Positions 26,891 through 40,617 of a stretch of DNA of 64,000 nt are shown here, one piece after another. The stretch spans positions 5,279,366-5,343,365 of the forward strand of contig MU056050.1 of the NCBI GenBank assembly GCA_013239625.1. Direction: 5' to 3'. The stretch comes from Lama guanicoe (taxonomy: Eukaryota). Position numbers and translations under genes: made by a program. Each line of letters starts with the position of its first letter. The stretch's first letter is position 1. Under the pieces are notes generated by a model. It worked only from the letters and a program-made list of their open reading frames with translations. It was not told where the DNA came from and searched no databases.

Positions 26891-27989
26891 ATATTCTTAA
26901 TATTAATATAGCACCACCCTAATGTTTATGGCCAGTCATACATCTTTAACTGAGAATTAGGAATTGCTTGCTGATTCTCCTGAGTAAATATTTTTAATGG
27001 ATTTCAATGAGTAAATTTCTCAATAATTTTCAAAGAACTATCTCAGTATTTTCCCTTAAACAATGCAGCACATATATGTGAATACTGTTATGAAGACATT
27101 TTCAAAATTACCCTTTCATCCTAGTTTCTGCACAATCATGAATTTGCTCTTGATCATTTTGTTTGAAAATACCTCATGGAAACTATTGTAGATGATTGAA
27201 AAATATATGCAGATATATTTTAAAAATTAAGTAATCAAGGTAAAATTCTTTAAAAACATACATCATTTTTGCAGGTATGTATTTTTCAAAAACCACATAT
27301 AAAGCACCAACAGTTTGAAGAATCTGTGAAACACTGACATAACATTGGTGCTATAGATGTGCATGGGGTTACTTCAGTTCTGGTGTAATAAAACTATCTG
27401 TTGTCTGAAAAAAGCAGCATTTATTCAGTTTATATATGTTTAAAGACTGAGAATATTCATGATTATGCAAATTATATTTTATATGAATACACAACAGGTA
27501 ACAGAAAAAAGTATACAGCATAACAATTATTACATAATATAAATGGTTTTCTTTCTCTTTTAATGCCTGCTATATGCACCTAGTGACATATGGAATACCT
27601 GATTACACATTTTTAAGCAACTAATTTTGTTAAGTCAAAATACATAGGAAGTGAGAATTGCATTGGAATTCCCTGAGAAATTAAACATAAAACCCTAGGC
27701 ACCAATGAAACATATTGTTCTTAATTTTGGGAAAAATAGAGTATACACTTAAAGGTCTGGACCCCTATTACATGATAAATATTCAATAATTCAAGATTAA
27801 CAAAAAGAATGAAGGGTGAAAATATTAGAATTTATCTTCAAATTACTCAACCTCTAATCTTTAGGAAACACATACTCCTTTGGTCTTGCAAACAGAAGAA
27901 AACCTGCTAATACTATTAGTTTTCTAGCAAAGATCTTCAATATGGTAATTTAGGATAATATGCTGACTTTCCTAAAATTCCACTGAAAT

Positions 27990-28990
27990 TATATCTGTAT
28001 ATATATACAGGATAGTTGTCTTCAACAAGCTGTGGCTCTACACCTGAAGAGGCAAGGCAAGGAAAACTGAGTGTATTTCTCAATTCCCAGCCCCACTGAC
28101 TATTCAGCTCCTTAAGCTTTGACTCCACCCCTAACTCCAGAGACTTAATTCAAAGATTTTGCCTGGTGGAAAAGCAAAGAACCTGAGAAAGAGTCAGCTG
28201 GGATGAGCCAGCCTGAGGTCAGAAAATCTTTCAAACACTAATCTTGGCAACTACTCTTTCAAAAGAACCAGATTTTGACTGATGTTTCTGGACCCCAGAG
28301 CAATATAGCAATCAACCGACAATTAGTGGAGCTTAACATCTGAGTTCGGTCAAAGGCAGAGATAGTCAAAAAGAGCCCTGCCAAAGACACTGACATCCCA
28401 AGGTGACTGTAGGCAGAACAAAGGTTATGCCACACTGAGGAGCAATTTCAGAAGCTTAGTACTGCAGGGGGACAATAGAATTTGCAAAAATAATCCACCA
28501 AATCACTAAATAAATTTAAAAAGCACAAACAATAACAACGCACAGAAATGTTGACTTACTACAATATATTGTCTAAAGGTCCAGTTTCAATAAAAATGAG
28601 AAATAAAAACAAATATAAAACTATGACACATACTTTTGGGAACAAAAATAACAAGAAATACAAACAGATGTAGAAGGGTCCCAGAAGTTGTATTTAGCAG
28701 AAAAGAGACTTCAAATCACTCATTATAAATATCTTTAAAAAGCTGAAAGAAATTGTGACTGACTACGTAAATGAAGAGATGATGACAAAGTCACATCAAA
28801 CAGAGAAAATGAATACAGTAGTACTTTTCTCTTTAAAGAAGAACAAAATGGAAATCTGAGGACTGAAAAATACAAAACTAAAATGAAAAACTTCGTACCA
28901 GAAGCCAGCAGTAGATTTGAACTGGCAAAAGAAAGAATCACTGCAACTGAAGATAGACTTGTAGAGATTCTAATCTGATGAACAGAATGG
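27990..28990 (+). mobile_element. Old L1 (L1MC/MD) 5' UTR and ORF1 N-terminal part
   Basis: AGAGACTTCAAATCACTCATTATAAATATC...GCAGTAGATTTGAACTGGCAAAAGAAAGAATCA...GAAGATAGA (ORF1 coiled-coil region). Confidence 0.7.
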
Positions 28991-29029
28991 AGAACATCAA
29001 CAACAGAATGGACAAAGAAGAAGAAAGAA

Positions 29030-30706
29030 ACTGTGGATTAGGAGATAGGACCTTTGAAATTATCCATTTAAAGGAGAACAAGGAAAAACAGAAGGAAAAA
29101 GAGTGAAGAAGGCCCATGTGATCTATGGAATACCATCAAAAGGAACATTTTGTAAATTACTAGAGTATTAAATAGAGAAGAAAGGAGAAGAGAAGAGAAA
29201 GAGGACTGAAAGTTTAAGTAAAGAAATAATGACCAAGAACATAACAAATCTGGGGAGAGATTTGGATATCCAAGTTCATTAAGCTCATAGATCTCCAAAA
29301 CAAATTCACTAAGATAACTGTCACACAAAAAAATTGTAATTGTCCAAAAATCTAAAAGCAGTAAGAGAAAAGAAGCTTATAACTTACAAAGGAACTTCCC
29401 TTAGAGCATGAGTGAACATCTCAGCAGATGCCTTGCAAACCAGGAGGGAGTGGGATGATATATTCAAAGTGCTTAAGGTAAAAAATACTAAAAGCTAACC
29501 AATAATACTATACTCAGCAAAACTGGCCATTATTAATGAAAGAGAAGATGAAGATATTCCCAGACCAACAAAAGTTTAAGGAGTTTGTCACCACTAAATT
29601 TGCCTTATAAGACATGGTAAAGGGAATTCTTCAAGTTGAAATGAATGGACATTAAGTAACAACCTGAAAATATATGAAAGTGTAAAATTCACTGGCAAAG
29701 GTAAATATTCAAAATTTAGAATAGGCTAATACTGTAACCGTGGTGGGCAAATCACTTTTATTTCTAGTATAAAAGGACAAAAGTATTAAAATGTAGATAC
29801 AGTAATTTGTTAATGGATATACAACATGAATATATGCAAAATATGACATCAATAGAATAAAATGTGGTTAGAGAACTAAAGTGTAGTTTTTGTATGCAAT
29901 TGAAGTTAATTGTTAGTTGCTCAAAAATAGCCTGTTCTAGCTATGTCTCACAGTAACTATAATGAAGAAACCTCTAGTAATAAACAAAAGATAAAAAAGA
30001 AGTAAAAGCATGCCATTACAAATATTCAACAAATCACAAAAGAAAGACAGCAAGAGAGAAAGAGAGGAACAAAGAAAATAAAAACAGAAAATAATAGCAT
30101 GAGAAGAGTAAGTCCCCACTTTTGATAAATGACTTAAAATGCAAATAAATTCAGTCACCTAATCAATAGATATTGAGTAGATGAGTGGATTTTTTAAAAA
30201 AAATTCCTACAATATGATGCCTACAAGAGATTCACTTGAGCTTTAAGGACACACATAGCCACAAAGTGAAGGGACAGAAAAAGTTATTCCATGCACATGG
30301 TAACCAAAAGAGAGTAGAGCCAGCTATACATACATCGTAGACTTTCATTCAAAATTGGTTGCAAGAGGCCAAGAGGATCACTATACAGCGATAAAAAGTC
30401 AATTCATAAAGAGGATGTAAAACTTGTAAAAACATATGCACACATAATTGAAGAAAATAAGAATTTAAACCAAGCATTAGCAGAATTGAAGGGAGAAATA
30501 GACAGCAATACATTATTAGTAGGGAACTTCAATATTCTACTTTCAACAATGGATAGATTATTCAGACAGAAAATTAATAAAGATCTAATAGACTTGAACA
30601 ACAATATAGACCACTTGGACCTAATAGATATAAAAAGACAATTCCATCCAATAGTACCATAGTACACATCTTCTCACGTGCACATGGAACAGTTTTCAGA
30701 ATAGGT
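29030..30706 (+). mobile_element. L1 ORF1 C-terminal part to ORF2 endonuclease
   Basis: GGGAGTGGGATGATATATTCAAAGTGCT (ORF1), TGCCTACAAGAGATTCAC (CLQETH), GTAGGGAACTTCAAT (VGDFN-like). Ends abruptly at TTTTCAGAATAGGT. Confidence 0.85.
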
Positions 30707-32340
30707 AATTTAACCTTATATGCAAGAGTTTATTTCTGGGCTCTCTATTCTATTCCATTTGTCTACACAACTGTCTTTGTCACTACCACACTCTTGATTA
30801 GTGCATCTTTGTAAAAGCTTTGAAATCATTATGGGTGAGACCTCTGTATTTGATATTTTTCAGGATTGTTTTGGCTATTCAGGATCCCTTGAGATTCCAT
30901 GTGAACTTTAGGGTGGATTTTTCAATTTCTGCAAAATAATGCCGTTGGTATTTTCATAGGGATTGCACTGAAACTGTAGATTGCTTTGGATAGTATTATC
31001 ATCTTACAAATATTGTCTTCCCACCCCTGAATGAGGGGGTTCTTTCACTTTGTAAATATCTTCTTTAATTTCTTTCACTTGTTTTACAATTTTAGGTATA
31101 AAAGTGTTTCCCCTATTTAAAAAAGCATTCCTGAGTATTTTATTATTTTCCATGCTATTGCAAACTGTATTTCTTTCTTAACTTTCCTTTTCGATTGTTC
31201 ACTGTAACTGTATAAATTGCAACTGTTTCTGCATGTTGATTCTGTATGTTGCAATCTGCTGAACCCAGCATTTATAACACCTTTTAAAACAAAATCTTTA
31301 GGTTTTAATACATATATGATTATTTCATCTGTGAACAGAAATATTTTTACTTCTTCCTTTCTAATATGGATGTGTTTTGTTTCATTGTCTTGCCTAATTG
31401 CTCTAAGACTTTTAGGAGTATGTCACATAGAAGGAATTAGAATGGACATTTTTGTCTTATTCCTGATATTACTGACAAGCTTTCAGTCTTTCAGCATTGT
31501 CTATATGATATTAGATGAAACCTTATAATGCTGAGGTAGCTTCCCTATGTTTCTAGTTTGCTGAGTGCTTATATTATGAAAGCATGGTGAATGTTACCAC
31601 TTTCTGCACCAGTTGAGATGTTTGTGTAGCTTTTCCCCCCCATCATTCTGTGAGTGTACTATATTACATCAGTTTATTTTCCTATGTTGAAACATCCTTG
31701 CATTCCAGGAATAAATCCCACCTACTCAAGGTGTAAAATTCTTCTCAAGAGCTGTAGAACTCTGTTTCCTAGTATTGTGTATGTATTTGCATCAATGTTT
31801 ACATTGGTGTGAAAATTTCTTCTATTGCAGTATCTTTGTCTGGCTTTGTTATCAGGGTAATACTTGCCTCATAGAATGAGCGTGAATGTATTCTCTTCTA
31901 CTTTTTGTAAGAGTTGAGGAATACTGATGTTAACTTTTCATTAAATGTTTGATATAATTAACCAGTAAAGTCATCTAGTTACGGGCTTTTCTTTGTTGAG
32001 GGGTTTTTGATTACTGACTCAATCTCCATACTAGTTTTAGGTCTGTTAAGATTTGGTATTTCTTCCCAATTGAGTTTCGATAGCTTGTGTGTTCTTAGGA
32101 ATATATTCATTTAATTCAGGTTCTCAATTTGTTTTTGTACAATTTGTCATAGTGTTTTCTTATAACCTACTCTACTTCTATATTTTTTTCTACTTCTATA
32201 TTTTAATGTTCCTTCTTTCATTTTTAATTTTAGTTATTTGAGTCCTCTCTTTTTCTTAGTTATTCTAGACAATATTCATTAATTTTGTTAATATTTTAAA
32301 ATATACAACTCAGTTTCACTGATCTTCTGTATAGTTTTGG
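30707..32340 (-). mobile_element. L1 ORF2 (RT region), antisense
   Basis: GTTTATTTCTGGGCTCTCTATTCTATTCCATT; CATCCTTGCATTCCAGGAATAAATCCCAC; GGCTTTGTTATCAGGGTAATAC. Confidence 0.88.
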
Positions 32341-32349
32341 ATGATTATT

Positions 32350-33540
32350 ACTGATAAGTAGATGTCTTAAACATCAATACAAATAGGAAAAATTACTGAG
32401 TAGAAAAAGTCAAATGTAATAGTGGGCAATTCATATTAGAGGAAATCTGAAAAATGAAATAATATACAAAATTTTAACAGGCAAGGTGAAATTGCAATTA
32501 GAACTATACTTATTCCCTGATCCTTTTTTTTTACTGAATGATTAAGGTATAAAAGCATTAGGTAGGGCAGAGCAAGGTAGTAGCTGAAGTGGGTGTGGTG
32601 GGGTGGGAGGCCAAGATGGCCCAAAGTGCAGTATCAGAGCTCAAGGTAAAGAAAGCATCCATGTGGTTGTGAGAATGGAGATAAGCTCACTATACAGGGA
32701 GAGAACCAGAATAAAGTCAACAGCACATCGATGCATGAGGGTTGCCTGACATGGGGTATCAGAGCCTGAGTAGGATGAGGAGGGTGCCCATGCAGAGAAG
32801 GAATTTGACATATCATATCCAAAATACGTTATGGAGGGTATTAATGTTGAAAATATGGCCTGCCATAGTAATTCAGCATCTAAGAATGGTATGGAAGATA
32901 TCCACAAGGGGAGAATATCCTTTTATAGATTATTAGAGCAAGAGCAGTATAAAGGATTTTTACACCCAGAGGAGTGACCAGACATGGGGAAGGTTTTTAT
33001 GCAATGGCAAATGGAGATGAGATGAAAGCCTGGAGACGGAGTCCTGGAGTCTGAGTACAGTGAGGAGTGTAAATGGACAAAAGTAGGTGTGGCAATATTG
33101 AAGAAAGATGGATTAAACACATGGAGGGTAATCAAATGCAATATAATATGCAAAAATATTAAGAATTTTGAGGTTTCTTATTGAGAAGGAAGATACAGAA
33201 ATAAAAAGTGAGAGAACTGGAAAGATCCTTCTGATATTAAGCTGCAATTAGAGGTACTGGAATGATCACATAGGTTTCAATATATAAAGATGGAAACAAA
33301 AATAAGTATACATGACGTGTGTTTGTGTGTATGCATGTGTATGATTCCCTAGCTCTGTCCCATGGTTTTGTGGTGGCTATATAACAGAATACTCTCGTTT
33401 GCTTAACATTTTCAGACATGATGAGACATTAGAGTGGCAATTTACAAGTAGTTCAGGAAAATGAAAGTTATTTGTATTACATATATAAATTTTCTTTAGG
33501 TTTGTGACTGTTTGATTATAAAATAAAATAGAGCAAACTG
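32350..33540 (+). mobile_element. L1MC-type long 3' UTR
   Basis: G-rich repeats (GGGGTATCAGAGCCTGAG...), TAGGTTTCAATATATA...TTCCCTAGCTCTGTCC, and a tail GTTTGTGACTGTTTG...AAATAAAA. Confidence 0.55.
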
Positions 33541-33773
33541 AATTTATCTTTTCTTATATATGAGCTCGGGAAAAACATAGATATTTGAGATTACCAAGTA
33601 GAACAAAAGGATCTCTTATATGCTTCTGTAAGGACGTCAATAGGTGTACTTTGGAGAGTAAAAGACAGGTTAGCCAATGATTCAGTCATTTACCTCTGAG
33701 CTATGCACCATGAAGAAAGAAATAGTAAGCTTGGAATACTTTTCAGCAGTAAAAAGGAATGGATTAGATAGAC

Positions 33774-34085
33774 CAGGGGTCAGCAAACTACAGCTCACAG
33801 GCTAAATTCATTCTGCTGTCTATTTCTATACAATCCACAACAAAGAATGTTCTTAAAAGTTTTAAATGATTCATAAAAAATACAGAACAATATTTTGTGA
33901 CATTCTGAAAATTATGTGAAATTTAAATTGTGGTACTCATAAACAAAGTTTTATTGGAAGGCAGTCACAATTTTAAATTTATGTATTGTCTATGAAACTG
34001 TAGAGTTGGAACACAGACCATCTGGCCTGTAAAGCTTAAAATATTTACTATCTGGCCCTTTACCAAAAAAGTTTGATGACCTGTA
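33774..34085 (+). mobile_element. MER58B (hAT-Charlie) MITE inserted in an old L1 3' fragment
   Basis: CAGGGGTCAGCAAACTAC...AAAGTTTTATTGGAA...AAAATATTTACTATCTGGCCCTTTAC...GTTTGATGACC (degenerate TIRs). Confidence 0.9.
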
Positions 34086-34789
34086 GATCTATATACATCA
34101 ATTTGTGTAAGTCCCCAAAAACAATGTTGCATGAAATAACTAAATCTAAAATGTGATGAAATATCTACATGATCAATACTGTATTTTTAAGCAGCCTTAC
34201 AAAAATTCTGTAGAAGGAACTTTTTTTTTTTACTGGTTTTACATAGATTTTATATCTCTACTGATTAAATTTAATCACATCTATTTTTCAACTTTATATT
34301 AACATGCATACATCCTATATTCTCTACAAATAAAAAGGTCTTGTAAATTTCCAGAGGGACTGATTCACCTCTGTAACTCTATATGACAAAGAAAAGTGCT
34401 TTGAATTAGGAGGTATCAATGGATATTTATGAAAAAGTGAATACATTAAATAAAATGAATTTTTCTCTAGTAATTTCTAGTAATGAGATAAGGGAGGACT
34501 TCTACTGAATTACCTCATGTGCCAAACAGTGTCACGAAAAGCACTAGATGATAAAACTGCAACTGAATAAATATTTTTCAGCTTGACTTTTTCTAAAACT
34601 CTTGACTTGTTAAAAAAAAAAAGCTCATGTTATTTTATCAAAGATACATTCAAAATTGTTAGCATGCTAAAATTCTTAGCAAGGCATTCAATGCCCGTTT
34701 AAATTCTAGTCTCATATTCTTCTATTTGCCCCTGCAAATAACTGACTCAAAAATCACTAAACTGATTCTATCCACTGAATTCCTCACTA

Positions 34790-35106
34790 CTTCTTTCACA
34801 TAATTTGTGGCCTTGTTTTCCTCTCTTCATCTCTGCTTTGTGAACAACTAGTCATCCTTCAAGTTGCAGTAATATAAGTATCTTTTCCCAAATATGCCAG
34901 GAAGAATCACTGTTCGATATGACACTTTATTCCCATTTGTGTTATAACCCTGATTACACTGCAAAGCAACATACATGTTTCCGTAAGTGTCTACAACTTG
35001 ACTGAGAATTTTTGATGGTATCAGTGCCCTTTTACCATGGTGAATTTCCAGTGTCTAATCCATAATCTGGATTCTCAATAAATATTTGTTTTAAATGAAT
35101 GAATTA
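34790..35106 (+). mobile_element. LINE-2 3' end
   Basis: TCATCCTTCAAG...CCAGTGTCTA...CTCAATAAATATTTGTTTTAAATGAATGAAT. Confidence 0.7.
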
Positions 35107-35292
35107 AAAATATACATTTGAAGCAGTAAATAAAACATGAAAATAATAACTTCACAGGAATGTAATGCTTTATCTTTGAAAACCACGTATACTTTGATAC
35201 CTTTTAGTTTATTCAAGCAGCAGTCCTAAAAGGTAAGGAGACATTTATGTCATGTGAAGGGTAAGCATTTGTAGAATAAAGAAAATGAAGCT

Positions 35293-38200
35293 GGAGGAGT
35301 GCCAAGATGGCAGAGTAAAAGGATGTACAGCTCACGCCAGCCCATGAATACACCAAAAATAGCATCTAAAGACCCATCCATTCATGCAGAACACCTACTG
35401 AACTTCGGCAGAATATCTCTTACTTTGAAATACAAGAAGATTCCTCACAAAAACAGGTAGAAAAAAAAAAAAAGAAACTGGTGCGGGGCCTGTCCCACAG
35501 GGAAGAAGCAGTAAACGAGGACAAATACCTTCATGCTGCTATGCCCCATCTCCAGCAGGGAGGACAGCGGGAACAGAAAGGGAACTTTCGAAGCTCTGGG
35601 GAGAAAGGAACAACTGCTTGGTAGACAGAACTGGCAGAAACCAGCACACAGGGTTCCTGCGATCCCCAGGCTGAGATGCAAGTGGTGGGGGTGGGTTACA
35701 GTTGGGCCAGGACTAGCTGCTGGAGTTCGGTTATGACCCCAGGGAAAGAGGTGGAGCTGACTGCGTAAAGGCAGCCTCACGGGGCTGGAGTTGCAAGATA
35801 TGGCTTGGATTGTGGACAGAAGAGAACAGTCTGGGACACCCACAAAAAAGCAACGTTGCTAGTGTGCATGGTGGGGAGGGGCATAACGCAGCCAGACCAG
35901 AGGCACTGCCCCCACTAGCCCGGAGGGATGGCACAGCACCAGTGTTGGCACGGCCTCGCAAGAAGAGAGGCAGGGCTCTGTCACAGCCATCACAATCACT
36001 GGTGTGAGGCTTCCAGGGAGAGGCAGGGCTGAAACCTGAATCCAGACCCAGTGGCTCTGCAACTTCATAGGTAGTGCTTAGATTTGTTTATAGCTCCAGG
36101 CAGAGGAGGCAGATATGCTCCACTAGTGCCTTTCTGGGCCTGTACCTCTAAGACAAACGAGTTCTGATGCACGATGGGGGAGGGTTTAGCATTTACAGTG
36201 GGCCTGTGTACCATATGTGGGCACTGGGCTGAAGTCTGCACTGAACCTGTAGCACACCACAGATCCAGATGCATGAATGCACCCTTGTTACGGCAGGTCC
36301 TAGTGCCTGACATCGGTGGGTCTGCACTGGTGGCTCTGTGGGCACACAACTCGGGTGGACACGGGAGCTGGTTGCTCACATTACTACAGCAGAGGTGGAG
36401 ACAAGGGCAGTATAAACAAGGAGAACTTTGTAAGCCTGCATAACAAGTGACAGACAGCACCACAGAGGGCATTTCCTGCAGAGGGACATCTCCAGCAGAG
36501 AAATACTTGGCAGCTCTTCTTCCAGCTGAAACATTCATACTAAAGACAATGCTCATGACATAAATACAAGACATGCACCGTCTACACAGGAAATCTCCTA
36601 CTTAAAAAAAAACAGCCCTTCAAGACAAGTAGATAACTGATAATCCTAAATCCATAGAGCCAGAGAAATACAAGTAAAATGAGGAAGCAGAGGAACCACT
36701 CCTAATTAAAAGAAGAGAAGTTACCTGAAAGAACCATCAACGAAATAGACCTCAATAGTCTACTAGATCATGACTTCAAAAATGAGGTGTAAAGGCACTG
36801 AAGGAAATAAGAGAAACTCTAGACAAACATACAGAATATTATAAAAAGGAAATAGACACTATAAAATGGAGCCAATTAAATTCAGAAAACTCAATGGCTG
36901 AGGTAAGAGCTGAGCTAAAGTCATGCAGAGGAATGAATAAGTGACATAGAAGACAGGATAACAGAAATCACACAATCAGAACAGTAGACAGAAAATCAAG
37001 TGAAAACCAACGAAAGCAATATAAGGGACCTATGGGATAATATAAAGTGTACCAATCTATGTATAATAGGGGTCCTTGAAAGAGAAGAAACAGAAAAGGG
37101 GATTGAAAAGGTATTTGAAGAAATCATGATTGAAAACTTCCTAAATCTAAAGAAGGAAATAGATATCCAGAGAAATGCAAATCAAAACTACAATGAGGTA
37201 TCACCTCATACCAGTTAGAATGGCCATCATTCAAAAATCCACAAATGACAAGTGCTGGAGAGGCTGTGGAGAAAAGGGAACCCTCCTACACTGCTGGTGG
37301 GAATGCAGTTTGGTGCAGCCACTGTGGAAAACAGTATGGAGATTCCTCAAAACACTAGGAATAGACTTACCATATGACCCAGGAATCCCGCTCCTGGGCA
37401 TATATCCAGAAGGAACCCTACTTCAGGATGACACCTGCACCCCAATGTTCATAGCAGCACTATTTACAATAGCCAAGACATGGAAACAGCCTAAATGTCC
37501 ATCAACAGATGACTGGATAAAGAAGAGGTGGTATATTTATACAATGGAATACTACTCAGCCATAAAAACCAACAACATAATGCCAGTTGCAGCAACATGG
37601 GTGTTCCTGGAGAATGTCATTCTAAGTGAAGCAAGCCAGAAAGAGAAAGAAAAATACCATATGAGATCGCTCATATGTGGAATCTGAAAAAAAAACAAAC
37701 AAAGCATAAATACAAAACAGAAATAGAGTCACAGACATAGAATATAAACTTGTGGTTGCCAAGGGGGTTGGGGGTGGGAAGGGATAGACTGGGATTTCAA
37801 AATGTAGAATAGATAAACAAGATTATACTGTATAGCACAGGGAAATATATACAAGATCTTATGGTAGCTCACAGAGAAAAAAATGTGACAACGAATATAT
37901 ACATGTTCATGTATAACTGAAAAATTGTGCTGAACACTGGGATTTGACACAACATTGTAAAATGATTACAAATCAATAAAAAAAAGTTAAAAAAATAAAG
38001 AACGAAATAGATATTCTAGTACAGGAGGCACAGAGGGTCCCAAACAAGAACTGAAACAGACCTTCACCAAGACATATTATAATTAAGATGGCCAAAGTTA
38101 AAGAAATGATTCTAAAGGCAGAAGGAGAAAAACAGTTATTACAAGGAAACACCCATAAGGTTTTCAGCTGATTTCTCTACACAAACACCGCTGGCCAGAA

Positions 38201-40617
38201 GGTAGCAGCAAGATATATTCAAAGTCCTGAATGAGAAAAAGCTACAACCTAGGTACTCTATCCAGCAAGCCTATCCTGTAGAATAGAAGGGGAGATAAAG
38301 AATTTCACAAAAATACAAAAGCTAAAATAATATAGCAATACTAAACCTATCCTAAAAGAAATATTGAAAGGTCTACTTTAAATAGGAAAGAAGCTATAGA
38401 AAGGGGAGAACCATAATTGGAAATGTGATAACTACAATGAGTTGTAAGAAAAAAAAATGAAGATGTAAAAGAAGACATCAAAATCATGACAGATGGGAGA
38501 GGGGAGCAAGAAAATATACATTTTTTTCTTTTTTTTTCATTCTTTTCAGAATGTGCTTGAGTTTATATGACAACCAGTTTAAAGCAAACAGATATATTAG
38601 AGGATTAACATACTTAAAAAACAGGGCAACCACAAATCAAAAGCAGGCAACAGAGCCACAAAACCCAAAAAGAATCCAAGCTAATACAAAAGAATAAAAT
38701 AAGAGCCTACAATATGCTGCCTAAAGAGACCCACCTTAGGGTGAAGGACACAAATAGATTTAAAGTGAGAGGATGGAAAAAAGATATTTCATACAAATGG
38801 AAATGACAAGAAAGTGCGGTTACCAATGCTGATATCAGACAAAATAGACTTTAAAACAAAGGCCATAAAGAAAGATAAAAAAAGGACACTATATAATGAT
38901 CAAAGGAGCCATACAAGATAAGGATATTACACTCATTAACATATATGTACTCAATATAGGAGCACCTAGATATATAAAACAAATACTACATAAAGGGAGA
39001 AATAGATGGAAACACAATAACAGTAGGGGACTTTAACACTCCATTAACAACATTGGACAGATCTTCCAGATAGAAAATCAATAAGGCACTGGAGATACTA
39101 AATGACACAATGGAACAGTTGGACTTGGTTGATATTTTTAGGACATTACATCCCCTGAAAACAGAATATACATTGTTTTTAAGTGTGCATGGAACATTCT
39201 CTAGGCTAGACCACATACTCAGGCACAAAAGAAGACTAAACAAATGTAAAAAGAAAAATTATTTCAAGTATCTTTTCTGACCACAATGGCATGAAGCTAG
39301 AAATCAATCAGAGAGAAACAAATGAGAAAAAAATGACTGCATGTAGATTAAAAAACATGTTACAAAAAACCAAGGGGTCAACGATGAAATCAAAGAAGAA
39401 ATTAAAAAATACTTTGAGGCAAATGACAATGAAAACACAATCACACAACATTTATGGGATACAGCAAAAGCAACCCCAAGAGGGAAGTTCATAGTGATAC
39501 AGGCCTTCCTCAAAAAAGATGAAGGATCACAAATAAATAGCCTAACCTATTACCTAAAATAATTAGAAAAAGAAGAGCAAACGAAAAGTCATCAGAAGGA
39601 AGGAAATAATAATGATCAGGGAGAAAATAAATAAAATAGAGATTAAAAAGCAATAGAAAAAGCCCAATCAAATTAAGAGCTGATTTTTTGAAAAAGTAAA
39701 CAAAATCGACAAACCTTTGGCCAGGCTCACCAAGAAGAGAAGCGAGAGGACACAAACAAAATAAGAAAGGAAAATGGAAAAATTACAACCAATACCATAG
39801 AAATACAAAAAACTGTAAGAGCTTAATATGAACAACTATATGGAAACAAATTGGATGACCTAGAAGAAATGCACAAGTTTCTAGAAATATATAGTCTACC
39901 AAGACTGAATCAAGAAGGAATAAATCACTTGAACAGACTGATCATTAGAAGTGAAACAGAATCAGAAATAAAAAACCTCCCTGCAAAAAAAATGTCCAGG
40001 ACCAGATGGCTTCCCTAGGAAGTCTAATTTGAAAAGATACATGCACCCCAATGTTCATAGTAGCACTATACACAACAGGCAAGACATGGAAACAACCTAA
40101 ATGTCCATCGACAGATGACTGGATAAAGAAGCTGTGGTATATTTATACACTGGAATACTACTCAGATATAATAAAGAATAAAATAATGTCACTCGAAGCA
40201 ACATAGGTAGAGCTGGAGATCATCATTCTAAGTAAAGTAAGCCAGGAAGAGAAAGAAAAATACCATTATGATATCACTCATCTAAAAAAAGAAAAAAAAA
40301 AAGAAGGCATTAATGAAATCATCTACAAAGCAGAAAAAGACTCACAGACAGTAAACAATTTTATGGTTACCAGGGGAAACAGGATAGGAAGGGATAAATG
40401 GGGAGTTTGATATTTTCAAATATTAACTATTATATATAAAAATAGATAGAAAAGCAGATTTCTTCTGTATAGCATAGGGAACTATATTCAATATCTTATA
40501 GTAACCTATGATTAGAAAGAATATGAAAATGAGCATATGTATGTCTATGTATGACTGGGACATTATGCTCTACATCAGAAATGATACATTGTAACTGAGT
40601 ATACTTCAATTAGAAAA
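35293..40617 (+). mobile_element. 5'-complete lineage-specific LINE-1 (5' UTR, ORF1, ORF2 with RT deleted, 3' UTR), non-functional
   Basis: Starts GGAGGAGTGCCAAGATGGC, with a GC-rich 5' UTR to ~36680, ORF1 ~36680-38380, ORF2 EN region ~38700-40020, then 3' UTR and A-tail. TSD AAAGAAAAT(G/A)AAGCT at 35278-35292 and 40618-40632 (14/15). Confidence 0.93.
37167..37996 (+). mobile_element. Young 5'-truncated L1 (camelid-like) nested in ORF1 of the host L1
   Basis: Uninterrupted 170-aa ORF2 C-terminus (37175-37687, ...[18 protein letters not shown]...[14 protein letters not shown]...), 3' UTR and A-tail. TSD AAAGAA(G/C)GAAATAGATAT at 37149-37166 and 37997-38014 (17/18). Confidence 0.95.

Noticed and set aside
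32171..32204. Direct repeat TCTACTTCTATATTTT x2
   Set aside because: A small local slippage duplication inside decayed L1, not an array.
35293..36680. GC-rich region with overlapping ORFs as a gene promoter or first exon
   Set aside because: It is the 5' UTR of the TSD-flanked L1.
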